This document shows, one piece after another, positions 39,401-53,095 of a stretch of DNA of 64,000 nucleotides. The translations under genes were made by a program, and so were the position numbers. Every line of letters begins with the position of its first letter. The first letter of the stretch is position 1. The notes beneath the pieces are model-generated. The model had not been told where the DNA came from. It saw only the letters and a program-made list of their open reading frames with translations, and did not search any database. Origin of the DNA: Prorocentrum cordatum (lineage: Eukaryota); NCBI GenBank assembly GCA_963575745.1, contig CAUYUJ010000126.1:1-64000 (forward strand), written 5' to 3'.

Positions 39401-40684
39401 ACAATCAATATAAGACTGGTCGTTCTTACTTGCCAGTGTGTCAGCCAAAACGAATTCCCCACACCCTCGCTACCCGCCCTTGTTGTCTTCGATCACACCC
39501 CCTTTGGGGGGACTCTGTCTCTTTGCGGGGGGCGGCGGGCTTAGACAGGCGGGCAAACCTGAACGGGCGGACAATCCGTCGTGGGCGTACATGTGCCCGC
39601 CGTTGGAATTTGTGTGGGCCCTGCAAACAGAGGAGGGGGAGAACGAGGGAGAGTGGGAGGAAGGTAGGGGGAGGGACGAAGAGGGAAAGCGCCAGGAGAC
39701 AAGGAGCGAAGAGGGGGGCGGTTGATTAGAGGCAGAAAGAGAGATAGAGAGAGAGAGAGAAACAAAAAAAAAACAAAAGACACATAAGAGAGGCAGAGAA
39801 ATAGAGAGAGAGGGGAGAAAGAAAGAGAGAGAGAGAGAGAAAAAAAAAAGAGAGAGGAAGGAGGCAGGATATGGGAGGGAGAAGGGAGGAGGGAGAGGAG
39901 GGAGAGGGGATAGGGCAGAGAGGCATAAGGATGCGAGAAGAGAGGAGGAAAAGAGAAGGAAGGAGAGGAGGGAGGAGGGAGGAGGGAGAGGGAGGATGAG
40001 CAGGAAGCTAAGAGCGTGAACGATCGAAGAAATCCTAGGCGAAAGGGCCGTTCCTAAAGGAAGTCTCGGGCGGGAGCCCACGACGCGCAGGTGATCCCCT
40101 GACGGGCGGGTCGGGCGGGTGGGACATTCAAGCGGGATGCCTGAGTAAGGCGAGAGCGCGATTCCTAAGTAAATTGTGACGGCGTCCTTGGCGCAGCGTG
40201 CTTCCTGAGCGTCAAAAACGCGATTTCTGAATAACTTGCATGGAAGTCGCGAGAGCGCAATTCCTGAATCAAATGTGAGGGGTTCTCTGGCAGGAGCGGG
40301 GGTCTTGATTAAATTGCGAAGAACCCTTGACTCAATTGCAAAAAAAATCTCGACCGGGAGCGCCGTTACAAAGAAACATGTGAGGAAGTCTCAGATGGGA
40401 GCGGGGGTCCTGACTAAATTGCCAGGGCGTCACAGGCGGAAGCACCGATCTTGAGTAAAGTGTGAGGAGGTCTCAGGCGGGAGCGGGGTTCCTGAGTAAG
40501 TTAGGAGGAAGTCTCAAGCGGGAGCCGTTGTTGTTGTAAACCGGGGGCCAGGGGCGCAGTTTGAGCATCAAGACTTCCCCTGTCATAAAACAGGGTGCGA
40601 GCGTCGAGGGGCGCACTTTGATTGAGAAAAAGCAGCATGCACCGGTGAGGGGGGATCAACAGTAATGATTCTTCAGGAATGAAA

Positions 40685-41824
40685 GTTCAACAACAACAAC
40701 ACCAACAACAACAACAGCAACAGCAACAGCAACGGCAACAGCAGCAGCGGCACCAGTAAAAACAACAGCAACAACGACATCAATATGAACAACAACAACA
40801 ACAACAACAGCAACATCAACACCAACAACACAAACACCACCAACAACAACACCAACAAACGTATGACTGCTCCTATCCCCACCACTTGCCTTCTCTTCCT
40901 CCTCCTCCTGACCATCCTACTGATATTATTCCCCCTCCTCTTCCCCCTTCCCCTTCTACCCACCCAGTCGCCTTCTACTTATCAGAATCATCATCAGCAG
41001 CATCATCATCAGCATCATCAGCATCGTCATCGTCATCGTCATCGTCATTCTCATCAACATCAACAACACCACCACCATAATCATCATCACAATCAGTATC
41101 TGCATCATCATCAGTATCATTACAATCGACATCATGATCCTCATCATGATTACAGTCATCAACATCCCCATCATCATCAGCAGCACCATCATCATCATCA
41201 TCAGCAGCATCATCAACATCATCAGCATCATCATAATCATCATCATCATCATCATCATCAACCTCAGCATCGCAACCACCATCATCATCATCACCATCAG
41301 TATCTGCATCATCAGTATCATTACAATCAACATCACGATCCTCATCATCATTATCATTACCATCCTCAACATCACCATAATCATCATCAACATCATCACC
41401 ACCATCATCATCATAATCCTCCTCCTCCTCCTCCTCATCATCATCATCATCATATGTAGCATCATCATCGTCACCATCAGCATCATAATCATCATAATCA
41501 TCATCATCACCATCATACTCATCATCATTATCCTCCCCCCTCCCTCCTCCTCCATCCTGCATCAACTTCCATCCTTCTTCTCCATCTTCCTCCCCTTCCT
41601 CCTCCAACCTCCTCCATCCTCATCCTCCTCCTCTTCCCCTCTCCCCCAAGCATCAGGAGGTGCCAACAAACAAAGTAATTAACTACCTACCGACCTACTT
41701 AACCCAGGAACGAACTACCTAACAAACTAACTCCTCCTCCTCCGATCATCATCATCACCATAATCAGCAACAGCATCAGCATCATCATCAGCAGCAACAG
41801 CATTATGTTCACAATCATCAGCAA

Positions 41825-41862
<38 letters not shown>

Positions 41863-42305
41863 ACATCATCATCAACATCATCAGCCTAATAATGGTCACC
41901 GCCGTCATCATCATCATCAGCATCCTCATCGTCATCAGCATCATCATCATAATCAGCATCATCGTCGTCATCATCACCACTCTCATCATCATCATCAGCA
42001 TCAACAACATCAGCATCAGCATCATACTCATTATCATCATCAGCATCAGCATCATCCTGCATCATACTCATTCTCATCATCATCAGCACCAGTATCGTCA
42101 TCCTCATATTCACCCTGATAGTCATCCTCCTCCTCCTCGTCATCATCGTCCGCCTCCTCCTCGTCGCCGTAGTCGTCGTCATCCTCATAGTAACCCTCCT
42201 AGTCATAATCAGCATCATCATCAGCACCATCATCACTATCACCATCATCGTCACCATCACCATCACTACCATCAGCATCAGCATCAGCATCAGCATCAGC
42301 ATCAG

Positions 42306-42348
<43 letters not shown>

Positions 42349-42656
42349 GTCATCCTGATTTGCATGCTCAGATTCATGCTCATATTCATCCTCCTCCTCA
42401 TTCTCGTCATCCTCCTCCACCTGATCATCATCACCAACATGATCAGCATCATCAACATCCCCGTCCTCATCCTCACCATCGTGCTCCTCCCTCTCCACAT
42501 CCTCATCACCTAGATTTCTCTCGTGCGTGCTCCCTCTCCCCGAGAAACCTGCGACGAAGAAGTCCCGCCAGCCATCTCGGCAGCTCGAAATCCTATCAGC
42601 ACCATCCTTATCCTCATCATAATCTTCATCCCTCATCCTGCATCTTCATCTTCATC

Positions 42657-42691
<35 letters not shown>

Positions 42692-42890
42692 AATCATACT
42701 CATACTCATACTCATCCTCACCATCATCATCTTCTGCCTCATCCTCGTCCTCATTCCCATCCACATCTACATCCACATCCCTCGTCATCCCCATCCACAT
42801 CCCCATCCTCAGCATTCTCCGCCTCCTCTTCATCATCATCGTCATCATTGTCATCAACATCATCACCATCATCACCAGCATCATACTAAT

Positions 42891-42935
<45 letters not shown>

Positions 42936-42940
42936 CGTCA

Positions 42941-42995
<55 letters not shown>

Positions 42996-43210
42996 GTGCA
43001 TCATCATCGTCATCGTCGTCATAGCATCATCATCGTCGTCATCAGAATCATTTTCATCCTCATCCTCATCCCTATCCTCCTCATCATCATCATCACCATC
43101 AACATTATCATCAGTATCATCATCAGCATCGTCATCATCACTCTCATCTTCATCCTTATCGGTGTCCTCCTCCTCCTCCTCCTCCTCCTCCTCCTCCTCC
43201 TCCTCCTCTA
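40685..43210. repeat. Compound microsatellite (CAA/CAT/TCC)
   Basis: Pure and decayed trinucleotide blocks. Confidence 0.93.
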
Positions 43211-44128
43211 TGTTTCTCATGTGCCTCTTCCCGGTCCCCAACAAAACTGCGACAGAGCCCGCCAGCCCCTTCGGCGGTCGGTGGCCCAGGCTGGCTCCGT
43301 GGGATGATGACTGCAACCCTTGGCGTTCCCGGGGAAAGGGCCACATATTCATCGTGCTGCCAGAAGGAACGCTGGATAAGGAACCAAGGTGCTCTTCTCG
43401 CCACTGCAAGCCTTGGCCACGCGTAGACTCCCCTACCTGGATCTTAGACGCGGCACGACGACTACAGCCCCCCCCCAGAACCCAACGTGGTTCCTCTTCG
43501 AGCGTCTTGGCGGCAACCCCTCCCAGCGCTTCAAATTCGGCGCACCACTGGACTTCCAAGGGCTCCCTCTGTCGCCTCTGCGGCCAAAGACGCCGACGCG
43601 CTAAAAATTTAGGAGCACCTTGCTCGGGGCCCTTGCTGGCCTCCAAGTGGACCGCCGCAGGACCGATTGTTTCCGCCATTGCTCCCCTCGCCCAGAAGGC
43701 AAACAGGAGCACTCGCGAGCGCCCCCCGGCACAATGCCAGAGGCTGCTCCCCAAGGGTGAGGATGAAGGAAGATGACGAGGCGATGGAAAGGGAGGAGGG
43801 AGAGGAAGAAGAGGACGAGGATGAGGGAGGATGAGGCGGAGGCGGCGGAGGAGGGAGAGAATGAACGGGAGGCGCATGCAGATTGAGGCAGAAGGGAAGA
43901 AAGGAGGCGGAGGACGAGCGGGACGAGGACGAGGAGCCGGTGGAGGGGTGAGAGGAGGATCGGAGCGGATCGACCCAGCAGGAGGGAACGCGGAGGACCG
44001 CAGCACCGTGAAAAGAGGAGGGGGGAGGAAGGAGGAGGACGACCACCACCACCACCACCGCCACGCCGACGACGCCGGGACCGCCGACGACGGCAGCGGC
44101 GGCGGCGGCGACGACGAAGACGAGGGGG

Positions 44129-44161
<33 letters not shown>

Positions 44162-47100
44162 CGCTCCTCTGGGGCTCCCCGCTCCCGCTGGGGGTCGTGC
44201 AGGGGCTCGCCTCGCGCCGCCGTCGGCTGCCGTCGGCCGCCGTCGGCCGCCGTCGGCCGCCGTCGCCGTCGTTGTCGTCGTCGTCGTCGTCGTCGTCATC
44301 GTCGTCGTGGGCGTCGTCGTCGTCATTGGCGTCGTCGTCGTCGTCGTGGGCGTTCGTCGTCGTCGTCGTGGGCGTTCGTCGCCGCCGCCGTCGTCGTCGT
44401 GGGCGTCGTCACCGCCGCCGCCGTCGCCATCGCCGGCGACGTTGTTGACACTGCCGTCGCCCTCCTCCTCCTCGTCCTTGTCCTCCTCCTCCTCCTCCTC
44501 CTCCTCCTCTTCCTCCTCTCGTCCTCCTCTCGTCCTCCTCCTCCTCCTCGTCCTCGTCCTCCTCCTCTGCCTCCTCCTCCTCCTCCTCCTCCTCCTCCTC
44601 CTCCTCCTCCCATGTTCCTTGTAGCTAATTTCCCGTGTCGCACCCGAAAACGTGTCGGTAGGGCGGGCAAGGCATTTCGCCTGAAACGTCCTCACCCCTT
44701 ACGGCCGTGAAGCAAGTTCGCAACTGCTACAAAGCTGGGGCACAAGTGGTTTTCAACCTGGGGTTCCTGCCTGGGCACCTCGCAGGGAGGACGTGTCGTT
44801 TTCAAACATTGGTTGTCGCTTCAGTGCCGCACAAATTCGTCATAAAAGCGTTCAACACTTACTAGGATGGAGCACGTATAATTGTCAGAATGGGATTATC
44901 GCCATAATGCCTCGCAGGTTGTCATTGAAAGCTTGCAGCAATTCCAAGGATGCACAGGTCGTTTTCAACATGGGGCTCTGGTTTGAGCGCTCTTGATCCA
45001 AACACCACAAGCTTCAATTCACGTAGCAGTTGCATGGATGGAGGTCGGTTCCTTTCCAACATGGGGTTCTCGCTTGACACTTCCTCGATGCCCATGACCA
45101 GAAGTGTAGCTTGGTGAAACCATTATCCGGACGGAAGCGATTCTTTTCCCCAGGCGGAGATTTCGCTGGACACCTCGTTAGACTGTATGATCCGACCGTT
45201 TCGCACCCCTGGGCGCTAGAAGGACGCAAGGCAATTCTTTCTCAGAGCGGGGCACTCGCCTGAGCGGCAAGCCCACAGGGTGCGGGTCCTTCATGGGGTC
45301 GGTGCTTGTAGTGAAGAGGTAGGCCCTCCAACTTCCTCCTCCCTCCTGAGGAGGCCCAGGCGAGCGCGCGTCGAAGGGACGCCCCCCCAAGAGAAAAGCC
45401 GGGAGTGGCACGGCGCTCGCACGGCCGCAGAGCCGCCGCGGGACAGCCCCCCCGAAGCGAGGGAGGACCCCGAAGACACCATCCTCGCGGAGAAGGGCAC
45501 CGGCGCAGCGTCGAGGAAACTGCAGAAGAGGAGGGAGTCCCTCCTCTTCTGCAGGGGCAGCGGCAGGAGGGGACTGGCAGAAGGTGGGGAAACAGCGACC
45601 TGGAATCGGCGATACAGCAGCGAGAGATCGGCGATTGGGCCCCCCCAGGATGCATCCGCACGTTCCCGGGCAGGCCGGGGCCATCGGGCCCCCATCGGCG
45701 ACCAATGGGCGATTGGGGGTCGACGCGCACCCCCATATTGGAGGCCCAGACATGGGCATCAACACCAACACAGGGGGTTGCCTCCAAATATGGGGAAGGT
45801 GATCCTAGATTTCGGTGTTGGTGGCAATATTTCGGTCGCCTTGGAAGCCAGAATATTACAAACCATCAGATCGGGACCCTCTTCCCTCGGTGGAGGCACG
45901 CCGCCGAGATTGGTGTTGGTGTCAACCTTTAGGCCTGCGACCATATGCCGATTCCAGTCTACAAGGGCTCCCAACTTTGCGCTTCGCGCGGCGCGAAGCG
46001 CGAAGTGCGAATAACTTCGCGCTCTCGCGCCGCCTCCCAGGGGAGAAGAGGAGGACGAGGAGGGATCGGAGCCAAACCGCGAAGCGCGCATGACTTCACG
46101 CCCTCGAGGGCGCGGGCAGCTTACACGCCAGCGCCGGTGAAGGCGAGCCCATATTTCTTCGCCGCTCAAGTAGCACGCGCGACTTGTCGCACAGAAGCTG
46201 CGCTCCCGGGGCAACGCCCGGCATGGAGCCCAGCGTCGGGCCGCGGCTGGCTCCAGCACAGCAGCGGCAGCCCGCGCGCCGAGCCGACACCTCGCGGCCG
46301 ACTCTCGTGGCACCGGTCTGCCTCGGCGATCCTCGGATCGAGGGCGGGCGTGGGCAGGACTGGGTTTCGTGGGAGCTGGTTTAATGATGGGTACTGGGGG
46401 ACGCCCCACCCCCCCGCCCCGTTCCACCAACCGGATTTGCCGTCACCCTGAAAAAACACCAGCTGCGGCAGACCTGGTTTAGTGATTCTGACTAGTATGA
46501 ATGTGTATATATATACACATTTATATATATATATATATGTATATATGGGCTCCGGGGTCCTACTACTAATCTGGCCCCCTTACCTTGGGTTCTGGCTATA
46601 CCCGACTAGGAACAAGGAAACGAGGCACCACCACCACCAACACTCGGGGGCGCGCAAACACGGATTTGCGATCCGTGGATTTGGCGCGCGGTCGGCAAAT
46701 CCATGGATCGGGGGAGGTGCCCTCCCCAAAATGCTGCCAGCGCCGCCTCGCTCGGCGGCGGAACTCCGCGATCTCCTAGGGAAACTGGACCCGTCGCTAA
46801 TCCACGCCCCCTTGATCCATGCTTGCGATCGCCTGAAACACCACCAGGCACCGCTGGGACGTCCATTTCCCGTGCATTTGTCGGTTTCGTGCGATTTTTC
46901 TTGCTCGATGGTCCAGGATGGTCCTCGATGGTTCTCGCCGAGAAAAAATGCACACGTCCGAGCGACGCCAGGACCACCAGGTACCTGGAGCGGGAAGAGC
47001 CAGGGAGGTTCCGCTGTCGGTATGGTCCCCCCTCTCGCTCGAGACGTCCCCTACCCCCAGCTCCGCTGCGGCAGTGTGGGCCTCCCCGCTGGAGGTGGCC

Positions 47101-47175
47101 AGGAGGAGGAGGAGGATGAGATCGAGGATGAGGATGTGAGGATGAGGAGGATGAGGATGAGGATGGGAAGGATGC

Positions 47176-47207
<32 letters not shown>

Positions 47208-47655
47208 CTGACTCTGATGGTGATGGTGATGATGTTTGTGCTTATGTTCATGCTTATGCGGATGCTGATGATGTTGATGATGATGATGCTGATGCTGATG
47301 ATAATGCAGATGCTGATGCTGCTGATGATGATGATGATAATGATGGTGAAGATGGTGATGATGTTGATGATGCTGATGATGAGAATGAGGATGGAAATGA
47401 AGATGAAGATGAGGATGGGGACTAGGATGATGCTGATGATGATGATGATAAGGATGTTGCTGCTGCTGCTGATGATGAGGAGGAGGAGAAGGAGGATCGC
47501 ACGCCACCGAGGGGGGGGGGAAGAGAAAAAATCCGACAGTCAGCTGAAACAAAACGCCCGAGGGGGGCCCATCGGAGTGGACCTTTTTGTCACCCTGACA
47601 GGAAGGCCAAAGACCTGTCAGGGGCCAGCGACAAGGCCCCCCAGGGCAACAACAG

Positions 47656-50600
47656 CTAGCCGTCTTCAAACGCCAAGGCTGCGGCAACCCTTTGCTTTTC
47701 CCGCAGCCTGGCCCCAAGCACTCGGGCTTCAGTTTCATTCAAACCGAACGCCTGCAGACAGTCTGCCGAGCAGATGGGGTCAGGTACAAATCCAGGGACC
47801 ACCGCACTTCGCTGGCCCTTTCGCTGGACCCCTGGGCCGCCGTCCAAACCCCCAAAGACCTCCCGAACCCGCTCCCCAGGCGACTTCCAGGGGCCAAGCT
47901 TAAAGGCGCGATTGGGATGTTTCGACCTTAAAACAGCGCGGGTGTTTTTGCGGCCAGGGTCGATCAGACTCGCTTGGGCCCCAGGGCAGACCGACTTGAG
48001 GCCTCTAGCTCCGACCGAGACCGTCGCGTACCCTCCACACGTGGAGCAAAAAAATATTGGAGCGAGATCCTCACCGTGCAGCGGGAACTCCAACAGCTGG
48101 TGGCCGCCCTGTTTCCAGGGGGCCTGGTGAGCACCCCTGGCCAGGACGGCCAGGTCGGGGCCCAGGGGCACCTCAGGCAGGTCCTGGGAGGGGTCCGCTG
48201 GGGCAGGAGGGGGGGCAGCAGCAGCAGCAGATCGTCCCTCCGCCGCCTCCCTCCTCCTGAGCTCCTCCAGGTCCTCCTCCAGGCCTTCGCCGCCCTCGAA
48301 CGAAATGAGGGTGAACCCCTGGGCGCCCACATTATCAAACGCGCCTAGGTCGGAATAATGAACCTCGGCCCTGGTAATGAAAGAGGTGACCTGACGGGCC
48401 ATAAACAGCATGCCTTTGACCACTAGCATATCCTGAGGGTCTTGCCTGCTGAGATCGGCGCCTTGCTTGGCCAAACGGTCGGCGGCGTCGTTGCCCGTTT
48501 TTTTTTTTCAAACAGGCTGATCTTACCTTCCCGAACGTCATCCATGCTCGAATGGGCCTTGACCTTGCAGCAGCTCACCCCAGACAAATCGTTTTTAGCA
48601 TACAGCTCCTTCCACAGATGCATACGTGTGTTGGCTGGACTCTCGGCCCAGCTTCTATGGCGACAGCACTCGAGAGTTCCTTTGCAGTCAGAGTAAAGCG
48701 TGAACGTGCCAGTTAAAAAACTCGTGGCCATGAAAACTGCAAAATCTTCGCCATCTCGGGCGACTTGGCCAGGCAGAGTGGCTGGCGGGACGGCCCCAAA
48801 CCAGCCCGTGATCCAGCGGCGCTCGCTGTCATAAATGGCAACTCCCCAGCCTGCCGAACGCAAAGCGGGGAACATTCCATCGTGACCCGAGCCGTCACAG
48901 AAGACGTGAGCGTTATCCACCGCCAAACACGCACCCACTCCTTCAGCCCTGAACTCCCACGCTGGGTCCCAGGGCCTCCGCGCGAGCAGCTGACAGGGGT
49001 CAGGGAGGATGCCTCGGGCGAATCGCTCTTGCAGTTCAACTGGGCAGCGAGCAAGACGAGCAGCCGCTGCCTGGAGCTCAGGCGGGAGATGGTCTCGCCG
49101 CCAAGCTGCACGGGCAGGGCACTCGAAGTGCCTGTGAAAAAGGGCGCCTCTGGCCCCGTGACAGATGAGGCAGTCTGCCTCGAGCTGGGGGTCGTGCTGG
49201 TGAAGCCTGTGCTGGCACCAGTGCGAGCCCATAACAAGGCCTCTCAAGGCCCTCTGCTCCCGCACCCCCCAAGCTCCACCCGTGCCCGACTCCGCCCCGT
49301 CATCGTCGTCTTGCTGCCGTCTGCAGCGCAGCCTCTCGTTGAGGGGGCGCCAAAAAAAAATCGCCTAACCAACCCTTGCCTCCGCTGATTTTGCTGGGGC
49401 CTCGGTGATCAGACAGGCGACGTGCAGCGAAGCGAGCACGGCGAGCAACGAAGGCAGGCGAGACAGAGGCCAGGGACCAAACCTGCCCTGAGGCCTCGCA
49501 CAGTGTCCAGGGGTCGGTGAAAGTCAGACCTGCTCGCCCCGCAGTGAGGATTAGAGCCGCCACAGGGTCCTTGACCTGCGCCCATGGGCGGGCTTTTGAC
49601 GCAATGGCCTGCCCTTGGGTAAAAAGAAATCGAAGCACCGAGGGGGACAGGCGATTGTCTCTGAGGATCTGCACATATGTTTTCAGAGCATCGGCTGTGA
49701 CCAAGACCAATGGGTCTCGGGTCCAGCCGCCACGCGCGCACATGGAAGCTAAGTCCAGGGAGCAGCCGCGAGGCAACCGCCCTTCAGCGCGCAGCGCAGC
49801 TACCCTTAGTTGATTAAGTTTGCCGTCAGGGAGCCCTTGGATGTTGGCTCCCCATAGAGCCTTGGCAGAAACTCCAGCCCGAAAAACAAAGCCCGCTGGG
49901 GCTCCAGCGTTTCTGAGGGCCACGATTTTGCCGACCTTGGCTTGGGCGGCGCAGAAACGATCGTGATGTGTGCTTACTCGCCTACGGCTGCCGTCGGTCG
50001 CGTCACCTCCTAGATCCCGATGGACCTGGGCGCGCACCGACTCTGGGAGGCCACAATCGAGGAGGATCCCGTCCGCCACCTCCCCCGAGGAAGACAGGAG
50101 GCCGAGCTTATTACAGGCGATGGGCAGCCCCTTTTTTTTTCTTAGGTCTGCCGTTATCATGCGGAACGCTTGCCCGAGCTCCCTGCGAACTACTTCATTG
50201 CCTCCAACCGCGTGCAGCGAGACATCGTCGATTACATTTTTTTATCCAGACGACTGGGCTGGCCGACGCCGCGCGCCGCAAACAAGCTAAGAGGAGCAAG
50301 CGGGAAAGAGTGGTGGCCCCAGAGCACCCTGCAACTACCGTGCCGTTCGGCACGAGGACTCTGCTGACCGCGCCTTGCCACGAGACCCTACGCGGTGCAC
50401 GATACATCGAACAGTAGCTCCTCAAGAGGGCTTCCGAAAAACCTGCATGCTTGGCGGCTTCTCGCAACTCCTGGTGCGAGATGTGTTCATAGAACTTGCG
50501 CAGATCTATGAAAAGCGTGCAAGAGGCCCAGCCAGGCTGGGAACGGGCATAGGCTGCAAGAGCGTTGTGGACCCAAGCGCTCTTGTCACAGGCTGTGCTG

Positions 50601-53072
50601 GTGCTCATACCCCAAAAGAAACGCTCATCAGCGCGACGCTCCCACTCAGAGCACAGCCTGTGCCTAATTCTGCTCCAGACCCTCGCAAAGAGGGGAAGCA
50701 GCCATATCGGTCGGACTCCTCCCGAAGGCTTGTCGAGAAAAACGATCAGCACTAGCCACATCTGATCCACCCTCGGATTCCTTTCCCAAGCAGTGAGGAT
50801 GGCCGCAAAGGCCTCAACAAGCGGCCGAGGGAGCTGCAACAGGAGCCGCGGGCTGAACGCATCCCAACCCAAAGCCGTGGTCGGGCTGAAAGAAGCCGCC
50901 GCTTCTAGAACCTGTTCAGCAGAGATCGGTTCGAGCGAATCCTCCACCGTCCAGTCAAGGGGATGCTGCTCCCCCTCGCGCTCGGCGCTGGTCCAAATGG
51001 GAATCCACTCCTTGAGGGTCTGCTCTAGAGCGGCCTGGCCTACCAGAATCGAAAGCCGATTATGCGGGAGGTCCTGGTCATCGGCCTCTTCGAAAACTGG
51101 CAGGGGCGGAGGGGCTGGGCCTTTGCTGAACCTGTGAGCGACACGACCACCTCCAGCCACCGACGACTTCGCCCACGACTTCCACTTCTGTCGGCCTTCA
51201 GCCGCCTCCTGCTTCACCCTGCTGACGACCTCCGCTTGGACCGCGTCCACTAGCGGCCCTCTGGTCGCGCTGTCGGCCAGCTGCGTAAAAAAGTTAGCCA
51301 GGGTAAGTCCACGGAGCTGTTCCTGCCCCGCCTCCGCGAACAAAGTTGAGAGGGGCGATGCAATCCTGACCAGCTGAGCCTGAACCTCTGGTTTAGTAGC
51401 TTTTAAAAACTGGATGGACAGGCGGCGCAGCGAAAGCCACTTCTGAGTGAGCAGATTAGAACGCTGGTAGAGCTCTTGGCCCCAAGCTGCTCGCAGAGGG
51501 ACGAGCTGTATCTGACAGCCCTTGTGTCGGCCGAAAAACTTGGGGTCCGTCACACCGTGGACCTCAGCGAGGGCCCTTTCCGCAGAGGAGAACCATCTGG
51601 ACGCAGCGTCCAGAGGATCCAGGCCCAAAAAAATTGGGCCGTCCCAGGATCCCGAAAAAAACCATCTGCATCCTCTCATCATCATCCTGGGGCAGAGGGA
51701 AACGCTTGGGCACAATGCGCTTCCAAACCTTGGCCTGGCCAGCCAGCGCTCGCATGCGGAGGGCCACCGCAGAGTGCGGCCCTACTGGGGTGTCGGCCAC
51801 TCCAGCGCACCAGTCGACGTGGTAGTCCAGGCACCCGCTGATGACGAAAAAGTCGTAGCAGTGGTCGTGACAGGTCGCACCTTCTGGCCGCAGGATGCTG
51901 GCCCCGAGGTGCCCAGTCCACTGGGGCTCCCTGAGCTCTTCAGCGTCAATATTCCAATCACCGCCGATGACGAAAGGGATGTTAGCCTCTGCTACCACCG
52001 CGCTGACCTGCTCCAAGAAATCGAGATTGGCTCCGCTGAGCCCCAAAAGTAGTATGCCCGTATACCGAGACTACCAGCACCTCCACGTTGTAGGCCAAAG
52101 CGACTCTGCAAGCCGCCACGCGCTCGCCGAGGAACCGATGCTGGTATCCTGCTGCGCCAAATTGACTGCGGACCAGCACCGCCGTGCCTGCTGACGATTC
52201 TCTGTCCGTTATCCCTGTGCTGGCCGCTGGCTGAAAAGAAGAAGCGTACCCCGCCTGATGGGCCCAGGCCCTGGGGGCTTGGATCTGATGTTGAAGCAAA
52301 CGGTGCTCTTGGACCAGAACGGCATCATACACAGTGCCCTTGACCAGCTTCGACCATTCCAAAAACTTAAGACCAGTCGACCAAGCGTTCGAGTTGTAGG
52401 TGACCAGAGAGAAATGTGAAAGAGCCTTGCTAACTCCTGGGGGAGGCGGCGGCCAACCGCGAGCAGAGTGGGAGGGGTCGCTCTCGTCGGGGGCTGCATC
52501 CCGCGCATCCGCGGCGCCGACGAGAGGCTGGGCACGACCAAAGGGATCGCCCACCCGCATGTCTGCGGCATTGGTCAAGAGCCCGCTACCCGCGCCTCCC
52601 TTTAGGGTTTGCCGTTGTGGCTCCCCAAGGACGCCAGTGCGCCCCAAAAACGGTGGCCACCGCCTCTGCCCCTTTAGGGTCTGCCCCACGGGCTCCCCAA
52701 GGACACCTTGGTGCCCCGATGCCATCCTTCGCCAATCGTAAGAGTTGTAGGTGACCTGAGAGAAAAGTGAAAGAGCCTTGCTCACTCCTGGGGGAGGCGG
52801 CGGCCAACCGTGAGCAGCGTGGGAGGGGTCGCTCTCGTCGGGGGCTGCATCCCGCGCATCCGCGGCGCCGACGAGAGGCTGGGCACGACCAAAGGGATCG
52901 CCCACCCGCATGTCTGCGGCATTGGTCAAGAGCCCGCTACCCGCGCCTCCCTTTAGGGTTTGCCATTGTGGCTCCCCAAGGACGCCAGTGCGCCCCAAAA
53001 ACGGTGGCCACCGCCTCTGTCCCTTTAGGGTCTGCCCCTCGGGCTCCCCAAGGACACCTTGGTGCCCCGATG
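47656..53072 (-). CDS. LINE ORF2: APE endonuclease, reverse transcriptase, RNase H (broken by frameshifts at homopolymer runs)
   Basis: VTYNSN, VQEH, SAG, SVYG, GGDWN, YDFF, PHSAV; ALGWD, KPSGGVRPI, FIDLRKFYEHI, AGC, NVIDD (~50221-50238); FCDGSG, GWGV, YSDC, KVKAH, ADRLAKQG. Confidence 0.9.
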
Positions 53073-53084
53073 CCATCCTTCGCC
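52391..53084. repeat. 351-bp tandem duplication at the start of ORF2
   Basis: GAGTTGTAGGTGACC at 52391 and 52742, with near-identical units. The peptide RRMASGHQG...VTYNS appears twice in frame. Confidence 0.93.
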
Positions 53085-53095
53085 GAGAAGCCCCG

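Noticed and set aside
43210..43776. Possible LINE C-terminal Cys-rich fragment (CRLCG...C)
   Set aside because: No RT or RNase H motif nearby, so it is insufficient on its own.
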